Shown in pieces: positions 51,125 to 63,762 of a stretch of DNA of 64,000 bases (position 1 is its first letter; every line of letters starts with the position of its first letter). The stretch is taken from positions 496,001-560,000 of the forward strand of contig NW_003314271.1 of NCBI RefSeq assembly GCF_000143415.4. Direction: 5' to 3'. Position numbers and translations under genes: made by a program. The DNA comes from Selaginella moellendorffii. Lineage: Eukaryota > Plantae > Lycopodiophyta. Below the pieces are notes generated by a model that saw nothing but the letters and a program-made list of their open reading frames with translations, ran no database searches and was not told the DNA's origin.

Positions 51125-52258
51125 TCAGGACAAGATCGCGAGCAAGTCGGACACTCTCATCACTACGTACTGGCTGTTGTCTTTGTTCTTAAACTCGTTT
51201 CCAGCGTACTTAGAGTAGAGAACATTGTCACCGATCGACACTTCGAGCGGCTTCCGGGTTCCATCTTCGCCATAAGATCCAGGACCGACGGCGACCACCT
51301 GAAAGATCGAATAGATCACTTATAACTTTAAAGCTTCTAAGATCTCGAGAACTTAAGTTTCTAAGAACTCAAGAACTTACCTCTCCGATCACTGGTTTTT
51401 CCTTGACGCTGTCTGTCAAAAGCACTCCACCAGCGGTTTTGTCCTCAGCCTCTGCAACCTGTTTGGAAAATCGCTGTTTTCATTTCTTCCGAAAAGAGAA
51501 TCAGACTTGCCTTGATCAGGACCCTGTCATTCACAGGCTTGAGATCTTTGATGTCCTCGGTGGATAGCAGCCCAATCACGTCGTCCTCCTTGAGGAGGAT
51601 GTGGTCAGCACCATTGAACTGGATCTCAGTGCCGGCGTACTTTGAGTAAACGATCGTGTTTCCGACCTGCGAGGCAAACGAAAAACTATGTTCTTCGCAC
51701 GACACGAATCGAAAAAACCACGTACCGTCACACAAGGTGGAACGCTCTTCTCGCCCATTTTCTTCCCTTCGCCAACTTCGACTACTTCTCCACTCTGAGG
51801 CTTGGTTTGCGAGGTCGTGGGAAGAATGATTCCACCATCGGACTTCTCCTCCGAGGCTTGGATCTTGACAAGCACGCGGTCGCCAAGAGGCTTCAAAGTT
51901 TTGTACTGCTAAAAAAAAGAAGCTCAAACGCACATTTCAGGCAATCCATCCAAAGCTTCGAAACAGCTCGCGAGAAACTCACCGTTGGAGGAGCAGTCAC
52001 AGCAGCTCTCGCCACACCGGCTGATAGTCGACTAGCAGCCGAGGATTTGCTGCCGGCCACTGAATCGATGGAGAGAGAGAGCGCAGCGAATTCCCCCTGG
52101 CACAAACGCGATACCCGATTGAGCACACGAACTGCCTAGACGTGGATTACCTTGAGCTTCCGGAAACAAGCCTGCTGATTCGAAGAATACTTCCCGCTCG
52201 CGCTGCTGAGCAGCAGCGAAGCGCCGGCGCACGAAATGCTCCCCACTGTAGCTGCCAT
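51125..52258 (-). CDS. CPN20: Chloroplast co-chaperonin 20 (tandem GroES domains); includes a GC-AG intron at 51460-51510
   Basis: Transit peptide; [27 protein letters not shown]; YSKYAGTE; second domain [20 protein letters not shown]. Confidence 0.95.
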
Positions 52259-52429
52259 TCCGGCCAGGAGCGCTAGGATGACTCGCGGCGCCGCTGGGAC
52301 GAAGAAGAATGCCGCAAGGAAGAAGAAGCTTTTGTCGCCAAAACCGCCCTAGAATGCTACCAAGGGTTTCGGACAGGGAGAAGCTTCGAGACGTCCAGAT
52401 GAACGGCCAGGATCGCGTCACATTATGGT

Positions 52430-52680
52430 TAAGGTACCGTACTCTTATTAACTAAACCGTACGCTTTAGTTTATCTTAAACCCTTCTTACAACGGCCCCT
52501 TTAGCTTAAACCCTCCCTTTTAATCAGATGAACATAGTATTCTCACTAACATAACCGTACGATTTAGTTTAGCTTAAGTCCTCCTGTCTAATTCAGCGGT
52601 TGAGATATTTTTCAAACGAACGGCACGGAATGTGCCACAGCACTGTTTTATTAAACCTACCGTTTACCTTAAACCCTCGC
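52430..52680. promoter_or_regulatory. Divergent CPN20/KAB1 promoter with telo-box-like TAAACCC motifs and a duplicated AACCGTACG.TTTAGTTTA.CTTAA element
   Basis: 448 bp between the start codons; repeated motifs visible at ~52455 and ~52553. Confidence 0.5.
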
Positions 52681-52706
52681 TTTTAATCGTCTCTTTTGTC
52701 TCGGCT

Positions 52707-54105
52707 ATGTCGTCGAGCGCTATGCAATACCGGCATCTAGGGAAGACGGGGCTCAAGGTAAGCGTGCTCGGCTATGGCGCCTGGGTCACATTTGGGAACC
52801 AGCTCGATGTCAAGGACGCCAAGATCTTGCTCTCGCGCTGCCGCGACTCGGGGATCAATTTCTTCGACAATGCCGAGGTCTACGCCAACGGCAGGGCGGA
52901 GGAGATCATGGGGCAAGCGATCCGGGAGCTGGGATGGAAGAGATCCGATGTGGTGATCAGCACCAAAATATTTTGGGGAGGGCCAGGGCCAAACGACAAG
53001 GGGCTGTCCAGGAAGCACATTATCGAGGGCGTCAAGGCGTCGCTCAAGCGGCTGGAGATGGAGTATGTGGATCTCCTGTATTGCCACAGGCCCGATCCGG
53101 CCACGCCCATGGAGGAGACGGTGCGAGCTATGAACTATGTGATCGATCACGGGTGGGCGTTCTACTGGGGGACGAGCGAGTGGACCGCCCAGCAGATCAC
53201 CGAGGCGTGGGAGGTGGCCAGGAGATTGGGGCTTATCGGGCCTTGCGTGGAGCAGCCAGAGTATAATCTTCTCGCCAGAGACAAGGTGTGTGTTCTTCGT
53301 CCATTCTCTTTTTCATTGCATGGTTTCCTTGTTGTTTGTGTTCTTTCTGGGTGACAAGCATGTTGGTTGGAAATTTTATTCTTTCGAGGTGGGTGATGAG
53401 ACCCAATGTTTTCTTTTGGACGTGCTAGCTTGCAGCATTGCCAAGTGAAAGATTCCAGCTACAGTGGTGTGTCACTCTTTATCGTTCTTTGCTTGGAATT
53501 TTGGGTCATTGATTATGCTCTCCATCTTTGTTTTCTTTCTTCCAGGTGGAAGTGGAATATCTTCCACTGTACAGTAGCTATGGGATCGGCGTGACGACTT
53601 GGAGTCCTCTGGCGTCAGGAGTTCTGACTGGAAAGTACACCAAATTCAGCATTCCACCTGACAGCCGCTTCTCGCTGGAAAACTACAAGGTCTCCGACTT
53701 GTTTTTGTATTGGGTTTCTAGATCTCTTCTGACGATTGTCTCTGCGTCATGACAGAACTTGGCAAACCGATCCTTGGTTGATGATATTCTACTCAAAGTT
53801 GACAAGCTCCGACCTATCGCAGCCAAGCTCGACGTTTCTCTGGCGCAGCTCGCCATTGCGTGGTGTGCTTCGAATCCAAACGTCAGCTCCGTGATAATGG
53901 GAGCTACAAAAGAAAGCCAAGTGAGTATCTCTATCAATTCCTTCTCCTTCTGGATGTTTTCTAAAAAGATGTACTTTTTTTTATGCTCCAGCTGATAGAG
54001 AATGTGAAAGCTCTGGAATTGCTACCCCGCCTCACGCCGGATGTAATGGACAAGATCGAGGCCGCTGTCATGAGCAAGCCAAAAAAGCCTGACCTCTATC
54101 GCTGA
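52707..54105 (+). CDS. KAB1: Aldo-keto reductase, voltage-gated K+ channel beta subunit
   Basis: [22 protein letters not shown]; FFDNAEVY; [10 protein letters not shown]; YWGTSEW; [13 protein letters not shown]; ends KPKKPDLYR*. Confidence 0.95.
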
Positions 54106-54903
54106 GACGAGAGAGTGTGATGGTCCTTAAATGCTCGTTTTACACATTCCTGAGATCAATTCTTGGAGAGGTATGATAAAAGATCATTTTTTTAAAATCA
54201 AGTTTTCTTGGAAGTTTTCAGTCGATCAACAAAATATCAGCCCCGTGATAACGGGAGCTTGATCGAAAGAAACAAAGTGAGAGCTTTAGAATCGCTCTTG
54301 CGTCAAATGGACAAGAGCAAGGCCACTGTCATGAACAAGCCAAAAAGAACGCATGAGTCGTCAAGATAGGACTTGGGATGCGTTTGATCACATCTTTGCT
54401 GTGATCATTTGTATTCATCCGATCCAACACAGGACGGGGAGATCTTTCGGCGATGATTTTGGTCTAGTTTCCTGACAAGTTGGAGGCCTAGTTTACACTT
54501 TTTTTCTCGGTCGAAGCGTCGGGCATGAACCACGAGGAAAACTATTGGAGATTGGAATCGCAATTTTGTCAATTCAATCTTTGAGCCTGAGTGGGACGGT
54601 GGTGGGTTCTCATGATTAAACAAGCCCGATTCGCTTCTCCATCGCTTTTGATTGACCCAAAGAAAGAAGAAACTCACACACGAGAGAGCGAGAGAGAGAG
54701 AGAGAGAGAGTTCCTGGGATCTTGCCACGGCAGCACATCCTTACACGTGTCACAATTTGAGGACCACAAAAGCTTGGCTCCATTGCTTTAACATTATACT
54801 AGCTATAGCTTGGAAGTTCCAACTTGGAAGAGCTCATAGTCTCCTTTGAGACGATCAAGGAGCTCTGGCGATGGATCCATCTATGGAGTCCATCACAAGA
54901 AAT

Positions 54904-55633
54904 CTAGCAGCATTGCCGGACAGTGCACGCCACAGCCTGCGCCCAATGCCGCAGCCTCGTCTTCACCACTTGCGGATGATCCCCTGCCAAGGACAGGGAG
55001 AAATCAGCCAAAAGCATCTCTAAACCCTAGCTAAAACCCACCTGGGCTCGCGATCTTCCACTCCACCGGGCTGGACGACCCGCTGGGCTCGCTCCCATTC
55101 TCCTGGAAGTGGCGGAGCGCGTGGCAAATCTCCAGCGCCGGGAGCGTCTCGCACAGCCGCGGATCCTCGCAATCGAATCGGAAGCCCAGATCAATGCAGC
55201 CGCGCAGCTCCTCCAGATCGTCGTCCGTGAGGCTGCGCGTGCGTGTTCTTCGCAGCCTGGGTGTGGCGGGGCTGGATTCCTCCAAGATTGACGCCAATGG
55301 AGGTGGCTTCTGGCCGCAATCCGACGCCGAGCGGCCCAGCGCGCGATCCTTGCCCGCGGGATCCAGCTCCAGGTCGCGCAATTCGTCCAGGAGCGACTGA
55401 TCGCGCCGCCGCTCCCACGCCTCCTCGCAAATCGCCTGTGACGACCACGATCTCTGCCGGGACAGCCTCCGGCGAGGAGCTTTTGGAATCACTTCTTCGT
55501 CCACCATGATCTCTTCCTGCGATCCTTTGCAAAAGGGAAGACTTGTAGCCACAACCTTTTCTCCCTTTTCCTCGACATCGAGCTCGATTTCCTCCAATTT
55601 CTCCATCGCGCAGCTGCGATCATCCAATTCCAT
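54904..55633 (-). CDS. DUF1685 family protein, 2 exons
   Basis: EEAWERRR; RSLTDDDLEELRGCIDLGF; LCETLPALE; WKIASPG|DHPQVVKTRLRHWAQAVACTVR. Confidence 0.9.
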
Positions 55634-55993
55634 CGCCCCTCTTCCTCCACTCGAGTGGCAAAAATAAATTGGAAAGATCCTTGTAATGTAGAAATAGCTC
55701 CAAGGTCACTTAATGCTTAAATTTACAATGGCGACCAACTGGAAGGCAAAGGTCTGTGTTGCTTGTGGCTATGGCGGATGGAACGAGCGACCTATTGGCT
55801 TTTACGCAGCCCGGGCTGGAATTCCATCTCAGAATCGGCAGCCATCACAACCGTCCAATCCAAGCCCTCGTTTTCTCTTTAGATAACCCGGCAGGCATTT
55901 TCACATTATCATCTACAGCCTCGAGAAAGAATCATACACTCAAAACCAAAAAGAAAAAAAAGAAGCAATCAATCGATCCATACATCGCTCCTG

Positions 55994-56679
55994 CTACTGA
56001 TTGCAAATCTCGTCCTTGTTCTCCTCCTGATCTGGCCTCGTCTTCTCACTGCTGCGCTGCTCGAAACTTTTCTCTTCATCTCCTTCCTTGGCTACCTCGA
56101 AAGCTTTCTCATCTTTGGCGGCTAGAAGAACCTCGGGAGCTTTCTCCTGATCTCCATCCTTGGCTTGGAATCCACCGTCGAGCTCCTGCTCTGGCTGCAA
56201 CGCCCTGATCTTGATGCAAAATCTCTTCCCATCGTCTGTGCTTCGATCCACATCCAGGCAGCCGATCACCGACGACGAGATCCCCGACTCCAGATGCCCG
56301 ATGGTGGCACCGCATTGCCGGCACAAGAGCCGCGTTTGCATTCTCTGGATCCCCCACTTCCCTGGCGACTCGAAGTATGGGCCACACTTGACCTCGTCCA
56401 GCATTCTAAACCGGCTCTCATCGATCGAGAGGAAGTAGAGGATCCCTTTCCTGCTAGTTTTGGAGTACCTGGGACCGATGCTCGTGATGAGCCGATCGGA
56501 GGAGCTGAGATTGAGCTTGAACGCGCACCTCCCGCAGCTGGAAAGCAGAGAATTAGCTCGACTGGAGCAAGAAATCCGCGAAGAAGAGCTCGAAGAAAAG
56601 CCCATCGACGATCTCGCGTGGATGAATTCCTTTACCTGTAGGAAACGTCTCTGGTCGATCCCGTCGCCGATACCGCCAT
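55994..56679 (-). CDS. At4g08330-like (Yippee-type Zn-binding) protein with acidic repeat tail (exons 56636-56679, 55994-56537)
   Basis: Splicing gives MAVSATGSTRDVSYSCGRCAFKLNLSSS; IDESRF; TRLLCRQCGATIG; IKIRALQP. Confidence 0.85.
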
Positions 56680-57165
56680 GGAATGCTAGCACCTCCTCCT
56701 CGCAGCAATGCCTCCTACCATAGCCACTGCGACAAACCCTAAGCACCATTGCCGGAAAATGCCATTTCCTTAACGGCATGCTGACGGAATATGCTTGAGA
56801 GCGGATATGCCGCCACGTATAGCCGTTGGTTCTCTTAAAATCCGACGGCTCTCTAGCGTTTGATGTTTTCAAAGGAAGCAACGATGGGTTTGTCCTCCTG
56901 GCGCCAGGGCGTCCGATCGATCAGCGCGAAATCTCGCGTCTTGCAGCTGGATTTCGCTGCTGCGCGGCGCGCACAGCACGGTGAATCGCTTGCCTGAATC
57001 GCAGGGATTGAGCAGCGCGCTTGTCATGAAGCTCAGGGTTTTCTCCGGCATTGGAAGGGCTCGGGCACTCGCAGATCTGTATTGCATTGAGTGGAGCAAG
57101 CATTTGTGCTGGCATCTCCGGCTCCAATCTCTGCGGCGCTAGGCTACCAGAAATTTTTTGGGAGA

Positions 57166-59000
57166 ATGAGAGGCAGAAGAGTTAGAGTATCGGGGAAATG
57201 GATGCTCCTCTTGTGCGTGGCAAGCTTCTGTGTGGGCACGCTCTTCACAAACAGGTAAGACTTCGTCTCCTAGAATGGTTTTTATATATTTTTATTTTCT
57301 ATTCTCCAAAGTAGTTATCAGTCGTTACTTACGTCGATCAGTCCAAAGATCTCACTGTTACGAATGTAGGATATGGAATGCGTCAGAAGAACTAGACGTG
57401 ATTCGTCCAAAGACGTCGGATCTCCTTCACATTGTCAAGGACGAACAGTGTGGTCCAAAGCCTGTGAGTTGAAAGCTTGATTCTTACAAGCGAGCTACTT
57501 TTTTCTTTGTTTTTCTTGGCAGAAGCCCGAAACATCACCCAGAGATATACTCGATCAAGTGTCCAAAACTCATCACGCAGTTTGGTAAGCACTGTAGGTT
57601 CTGTTGGTGCGTGTCTAATATGTGATCGGGTTTGTAGGAACTTGGATAAAACAATATCAACACTTGAGATGGAGCTCTCAGCCGCTCGCTCCATTGCGCA
57701 GCAATCCATAGGCTCTCCTGGACTGGGGGTCCCGACTGGTGCTTTTGGTGCTGAGCCTCGACAGAAAGTTTTTGTTGTGATCGGAATAAACACCGCTTTT
57801 AGCAGTCGTAAGCGTCGTGATTCCGTTCGAGAGACATGGATGCCTCAAGGTAAATTCGGCTCAACGCATTCTCAAGTGCTTGACTCTTTTCATTTCTTCC
57901 AGGCGAGAACTTACGTAAGCTCGAAAAAAAAGGAGTTGTTATCAAGTTTGTTATCGGTCACAGGCATGTCATGTCTTAAGCAGCTGTTGCGACTTTGCTC
58001 TAACAGCAGGATTTCCAGTGCAACGCCCGGCGGCCTGTTAGATCGTGCGATTGACGCGGAAGAAGCCCAACACGGCGATTTCCTAAGGCTGGTAATAGAA
58101 ACGCTTTCTATGTCTTTCCTCTTTCAATGTACTGAAACGTAGTTTCTCCTTGTCTGCTGGCGCAAGGACCATATTGAAGGCTACATGGAGCTGTCGGCAA
58201 AAACGAAGATCTACTTTTCTACAGCTGTTGCTAAATGGGATGCGGAATTCTACGTCAAAGTCGACGACGATGTCCATGTGAATATCGGTAAGTGCCAGTC
58301 CTGAAAGCTGCTTCTAGTTGTGCTAGCATTTAAGCTTGCAGGCATGCTCGTTTCAACTCTGTCTCTTCTGCGCTCCCAGCCTCGCACTTACATTGGCTGC
58401 ATGAAATCAGGCCCTGTTCTAGCACAGAAGTAAGTGACATCCGCTCTGAAACTGGTAGATTTTAAATGCCTCGTTCTTCCAGGGGTGTCAAGTATCACGA
58501 GCCAGAATACTGGAAGTTTGGTGAAGACGGTAACAGATACTTTCGCCACGCAACAGGTCAGTTGTATGTGATTTCAAAGGATCTGGCGACTTACATCTCT
58601 ATCAACCAGTAAGTCCATTAAGTTCCTTGTCTGATGGTGTTAGCTAGCGATCTTTGACTTCCTCGGATTTTTTCCAGGCCCATATTGCATCAATTTGCAA
58701 ACGAAGATGTGTCTCTCGGGGCGTGGTTCATCGGACTGGACGTGAATCACTTCGACGAGCGAAGCTTTTGCTGTGGAACTTCACCGGGTTTGTTCTCGAT
58801 CGATTGCTCTCGTATCGATTGGATGAAGAATTTTTCTTTTGCTCCTGGCAGATTGCGAGTGGCAAGCTCAAGCAGGCAACGTTTGTGTTGCCTCGTTCGA
58901 TTGGAGTTGTAGCGGCATTTGCAAATCCGTGGAAAGAATGAAGATCGTGCATGAAAAATGCGGAGAAGGCGACCGCGCTGTCTGGAACGCCGTCTTTTAA
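57166..59000 (+). CDS. Beta-1,3-galactosyltransferase (GT31), multi-exon; includes a GC-donor intron at ~57964-58018
   Basis: N-terminal TM; [12 protein letters not shown]; [21 protein letters not shown]; [12 protein letters not shown]; [10 protein letters not shown]; [11 protein letters not shown]; [10 protein letters not shown]. Confidence 0.95.
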
Positions 59001-59086
59001 AGTTTATAACCATTCTCGTTCCGACGTGTCATTCACGTAAAGCTACAATTCTGACGTGGACATTTTAATGCTGCCACGTCAGAGCT

Positions 59087-59870
59087 TTAAAGGCACAAAG
59101 TTTCGAGCTTTGAAGCACGGGGAAGGATTTCAAAGCATGGTTTCCAACCACCATCACCTTGTGCCCGTGCAACAAAGCTTACCGCTGGAAGCTGAGGACG
59201 TCCAGACTTGGGAGCTCGAGTGCCAAGTGTAAGCAGTGTGAACTCCAAGATGTGTGCAGAGCACGTGAATGCTGAATTGCTCCTGCTCCTGGAAATGCCC
59301 CTCATTTCCAGCTTAATGTCACCTGAGTAGTACTTGTTTGCAACGTAGGCCACCTTCACAGTGGGAAGCTTGTGGTGGAAGCCAGTGCGAGGATTGTAGT
59401 TGCAGTATATTGGCTCTGGAACATGGACCGCAGTGCCAATTCCAGGTGCCAAAGCTTGGAATGACTTCCCACTGCCACAAGGTTTCGAAGGCTACTCTTA
59501 GATTGAGTTCGAGCCCCATTGCATTGTCGCCTGGGAACACGATCTTGCCACAACTGTCTGTAGCCATGCAAATATTCTACCACCCAACTTGACAAAGAAA
59601 ATAGCATGCTCTAGATCATGCTTAGCTGTTCTAGCTCACTCAAAATGCACTCTTGTCCTCTACGCTCTTGGGTTTTCACATGTCGTGAGCAGCTCCAAGA
59701 TTCTCTCCATACAGGGCTTTCTTACTCCAGAAAATCCCTCAAACACACTAAGGTTGCATCAGATAAGCACTGTCTTTCTTTAAAACCAAAGGTTTGTCAC
59801 TATTTCCATCCACCTTCGCTGTGGGATTTTCTGGAGAAACTCATGATCAGTGGACCCCAAGTATAGCTCT
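59087..59870 (-). pseudogene. Broken coding-like segment of unknown family
   Basis: Several overlapping 80-120 aa minus-strand ORFs in different frames, no recognisable domain. Confidence 0.25.
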
Positions 59871-60059
59871 GAATAGATCGGCAAATACAGTGGAGCCTGG
59901 TGGCTGTTTTGAAAGAATGAAGAACGCCATGAAAAATGGGTCTATATAAACATATTCGTGCCGACCTGTCATCGTTATCTAAAACCACGTTGTTACTATC
60001 TGACGTGGATATTATTAGGGTTGCCACGTCAGAGTTCTTTCTTTCTTCTTTAGATTTCT

Positions 60060-62072
60060 ATGGCGACGCTGCTGCGGAGGTTCTTCACATCGCTGGCCTT
60101 GTCGTCGTCGGCGTCTCCAGAAGAATCGCCCGAATCGGCGCATTCCCTGGCGGAATTTCCCCTTGGCGCGGTGCTCCGGCAGCTTAGCCCCGAGGATCTG
60201 GCAACGGCGAGCTTGGTATGCAAGTTCTGGCACGCCTCCGCCACTGAGGACTCGATCTGGGAGGCGATTCTTCGGCGCGAGACGAGCTCCTGGTGGCCGT
60301 TCGTGCGGTTTATGGAGGCCTATTTGCGTCCAGAGTTTTCCCAAAGGTAAGATTGCTGTTCTTGAGCGATAGAATGGGGCGGCAAATTCCGCGCACAGGT
60401 TTTTAGCAATTCCAGTGGAGCTTGAGCTTCCTTTCTACAAGATCTATTGCGGCAGGCGTAGTTTACAACAGTGTCTTATAATCGATGGAAAGTCTTTCTT
60501 TTCTTTCTTATAGATTTGGTCTAAAACACTGGCAGTCGCTCTTCAGGAGGATCTGGCTATTGTAAATATGGACTCGCGAATAAATTCGCTCCCGAAGGAA
60601 AGCTGGCGACATTTCTGGTACGTGAATGCTTTTGGTTTCTCGTGGCAAAGTCTTTAGTGTATTTTTTTCTTTGCAGGAGTTCGGGAACATTGACTCTCCT
60701 CTTGCTCCGCGGCTGTCTAATCTCTATCAGACGATTCTTAACAGGTATGACGATTTTTCCGCAAGAGGACTTGGTTTTGTAGCAGTTCTTGCTTTCCAGG
60801 ATGAAAACAAAAGCTTCAGCACAACCGGTTGTCATCTCAACTCCAATATGCCAAAATGATGGTTGTGTGCAATGGTTTCGTTACTTTTTGAGAGTTTTCG
60901 TGATCAATCTTTTCTTAGCTAATGGCTACTGCCGCAGATACGGATGTAGCGTTGGCAATGCGACGGCAATACAGAGAAACGACATTTAATGTACTGTTTG
61001 ATCTTGGATTTCCTGCGGTGTGCGCTGTTAACCAGGTGAAGCTTTTGTAAGCACGATGTAATCCTAAACTGTTCTTACCAGGCAGTTTTGGCTCTTTATT
61101 CGGCGATGAGGACTTCGGGAATAGTTGTAAATATCGGCTTTCATGTTACTAGTGTTGTTCCAGGTAATGTTTGTGTTTTAGTATGTCACTGTGACTAAAC
61201 TGTGAACTTCTTGCCAGTCTATAATGGAACAGTGATGAGAAACATCGGTGTAGAGGTCATTGGCCAAGGAGCGCTCCGTTTAACTGGATATTTAAGTGAG
61301 CTCATGCATCAGAATGGAACAAATTTTACGTCAATGTACGCAATCAGAACTTTGAAAGAGGTGATTTTCAAAAATTATTTTGGTTCCAAGTGGCACAACA
61401 CGTTTGTTATATGCAGAGACTGTGCTATGTAGCGGAAGACTACGAAGCAGAGCTACTCAAAGATACCAGTGCTTCGTGTGACGTTGGCGAAGATGGCAAC
61501 TTCGTGCTAAAGCACGAGCGGTTTAAAACGGGAGAACTTCTCTTCAGACCATGGCTTGGCGGCATGTAAGTTTTAATTCTATCTCCTCCCGTGAGTGCTA
61601 AGTTGCAATGATAGGCGAGCTATGGGATTGCATCACGCCGTTGCCTTGTGCATGGAGCACTGCGCAGACCTGGACTCTTCTGGTGAAGAATGGTACAAAA
61701 CCATAGTTTTGACAGGAGGATCGGCATGCCTTCCCGGCTTAAAAGGTAACTCACAGCGAAATCCATGGTACTCCTCTGATCCTACTCTTACCGGCCAGAG
61801 CGACTAGCCAAGGAACTTCGCTACTATCTGCCAGTCTCTCTAGCGGAAGGGATGACCATCATACCACCGCTTCACGGACCTCACGGAGCATGGATTGGAG
61901 CTAAGCTCCTGAGCGACGTAAGTTTCTTTGGTTTGTGTTTTCTCGCTGGATCCAACACGAGCCAGTCACTTTGCAGATGAGCAGCTTTCCACGGGAATGG
62001 TGCGTGAGCCGAAAGAAGTTCCGGAAGGTTGGCTCCAGCATTCTCCATGCCATGGCGTTTGATGACAGCTAG
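60060..62072 (+). CDS. ARP8: Plant F-box/actin-related protein 8, multi-exon
   Basis: N-terminal F-box (LRQLSPEDLATASLVCKFW); IIDGGSGYCKYG; FLEFGNIDSP; GIVVNIGF; TIVLTGGSACLPGL; AWIGAKLLS. Confidence 0.92.
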
Positions 62073-62583
62073 AGAGCACACCACCGAAAACTCGGTACTG
62101 CTCCGACGACAAGAGAAAAGTCTGGTAAAGTTCGTGACGAGTTTTATAGCTGTGAATTCAGAGCAGCGGAGGACGACCTCCGTCCCAACCCGTGACTTTG
62201 TTCTTCGCGCGGTGGTTTTCATTTTCTTACGCTCGCTACTTCTAACCCCGTGTGGAGCGTTTCTTGCAGCTATGACACAACACTCGGCCATTGAATGCGT
62301 CGAGAGGAAAGAGTAAGATTTCTTCGTTCTTTCTTTAAGGAGCTTGAAAGGCTGTTGCTGGGAGTACGTTTCAGGAACGACTCTTTCCAAGTGAGGGATA
62401 ATATCGTTCTTACTACTCGTCCAAGTAAGCGCCCACAGAAGAAGACTCGCTCCTTCTCCACCGCAGGATGGGGCTTGGTGGACGGCGCACGATTAGCGCG
62501 CTTATCCACCGTCAAATTGGCAACTAACGGTGGATACGGCACTACTTATGCAGTGCGTTCATATCTTTCCTTTTGATTTGGCC

Positions 62584-63564
62584 ATGGGAAGTAGAGCGCT
62601 GGATCATGATCAAGTGTTGGGCGCAGTGGTAGCGGCTTTGGGGCGATCATCCAGCAGAGTAGTCGACTGTAATACTGATTCCTCTCAAGAGTTTAATCCT
62701 CCTCCTGCTTCTCCAGCGCCCAAGAACGATCATGGATCCAGGAGCTCGCTGCAGCACCATAATCTCTTCTCGTGCTTCACAGGTAGGAAGATCAAGCCCT
62801 CTTCTACGAGTGGATCGTCGTGGTCGTGGCCGCGGAGCCCATCCATCATGTCGCGGCTGCTGCTCAGCCCCAGCATGAGCCCGGACAATCGAATGGGGGA
62901 CCAGTCGCCGGCAAGGGGCAACCACCATTCCCACAAGATCCGATCGTTCACTTTCTCGGCTGCGAAGGCGAGGAAGAACAGGAGATTCGATGATCCGGAG
63001 GAGGAATCGTCGTCCAACCGGGGCGAACCAACCTCGCCCAAAGTTACTTGCATGGGGACCGTGAAGGCGCCCAAATCGTGCAAAGCCAAGACCGCGAGGC
63101 CTCCTCCGCGGTGTCCTGGATCGAAGAATCTCACGCATCACCACCAGCAAGTCCAGGATTCCTTGCTTGATCTCAGCAGACTTAGCTCCAAGTCCGGCGA
63201 GCTAAGGAGATCAAAGGCGACTGGGTTGGGTCACGATCAGCGACCAAGTTCCCACGGGCACACGCGATCATCGTCATCGCTATCAAACAGGAAGATAAGC
63301 TCCATGGATTGCCAGGTCCCTTCTCTACAGTCGCAGCAAATGGTTCCTCAATCGACTGCGTCAATGCCAGCGCAATTCACCACTGCCTCTTCTTTGCAAC
63401 CAATCGATCTCGTGAAAAGGCCCTCCATCTCCCCAGCGGCGCCGCTCAAGAGGCCCGAGGAGGTGTGCATTTGGCGGAGACGATGCGTCCCGGAGCCCTT
63501 GCGTCTCGACATTATGGGATCTGTGGCCGGTCAACTCAAGGCCCGGTCGGTGTCATGTAGCTAG
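62584..63564 (+). CDS. Plant Ser/basic-rich protein with EPTSPKVTCMG motif (At1g76070/syringolide-induced-like), intronless
   Basis: GEPTSPKVTCMGTVK and C-terminal VCIWRRR motifs. Confidence 0.75.
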   Translation: MGSRALDHDQVLGAVVAALGRSSSRVVDCNTDSSQEFNPPPASPAPKNDHGSRSSLQHHNLFSCFTGRKIKPSSTSGSSWSWPRSPSIMSRLLLSPSMSPDNRMGDQSPARGNHHSHKIRSFTFSAAKARKNRRFDDPEEESSSNRGEPTSPKVTCMGTVKAPKSCKAKTARPPPRCPGSKNLTHHHQQVQDSLLDLSRLSSKSGELRRSKATGLGHDQRPSSHGHTRSSSSLSNRKISSMDCQVPSLQSQQMVPQSTASMPAQFTTASSLQPIDLVKRPSISPAAPLKRPEEVCIWRRRCVPEPLRLDIMGSVAGQLKARSVSCS

Positions 63565-63762
63565 CCAAAGTCGTGTACAAAATTTTATAGTGTGCGCCAC
63601 TTTTCTTATTGTCTGATAGCAAATCGCCATCATACATCTAAAGATCGGACGGTTTACATAATGCCACGTTTATACAAATAGGATGCTATTACAGGAATAT
63701 TCTACGTGTCACACGTAATATTCCTGCTAGCGAAGAACCCTAAAACCCCCTGTTGGAAGACA

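Noticed and set aside
56680-56881. Long N-terminus of the 295-aa ORF 55994-56881
   Set aside because: A GT-AG intron with a first exon in another frame restores the family's RDVSYSCG start, so the ORF track reads through intron and promoter.
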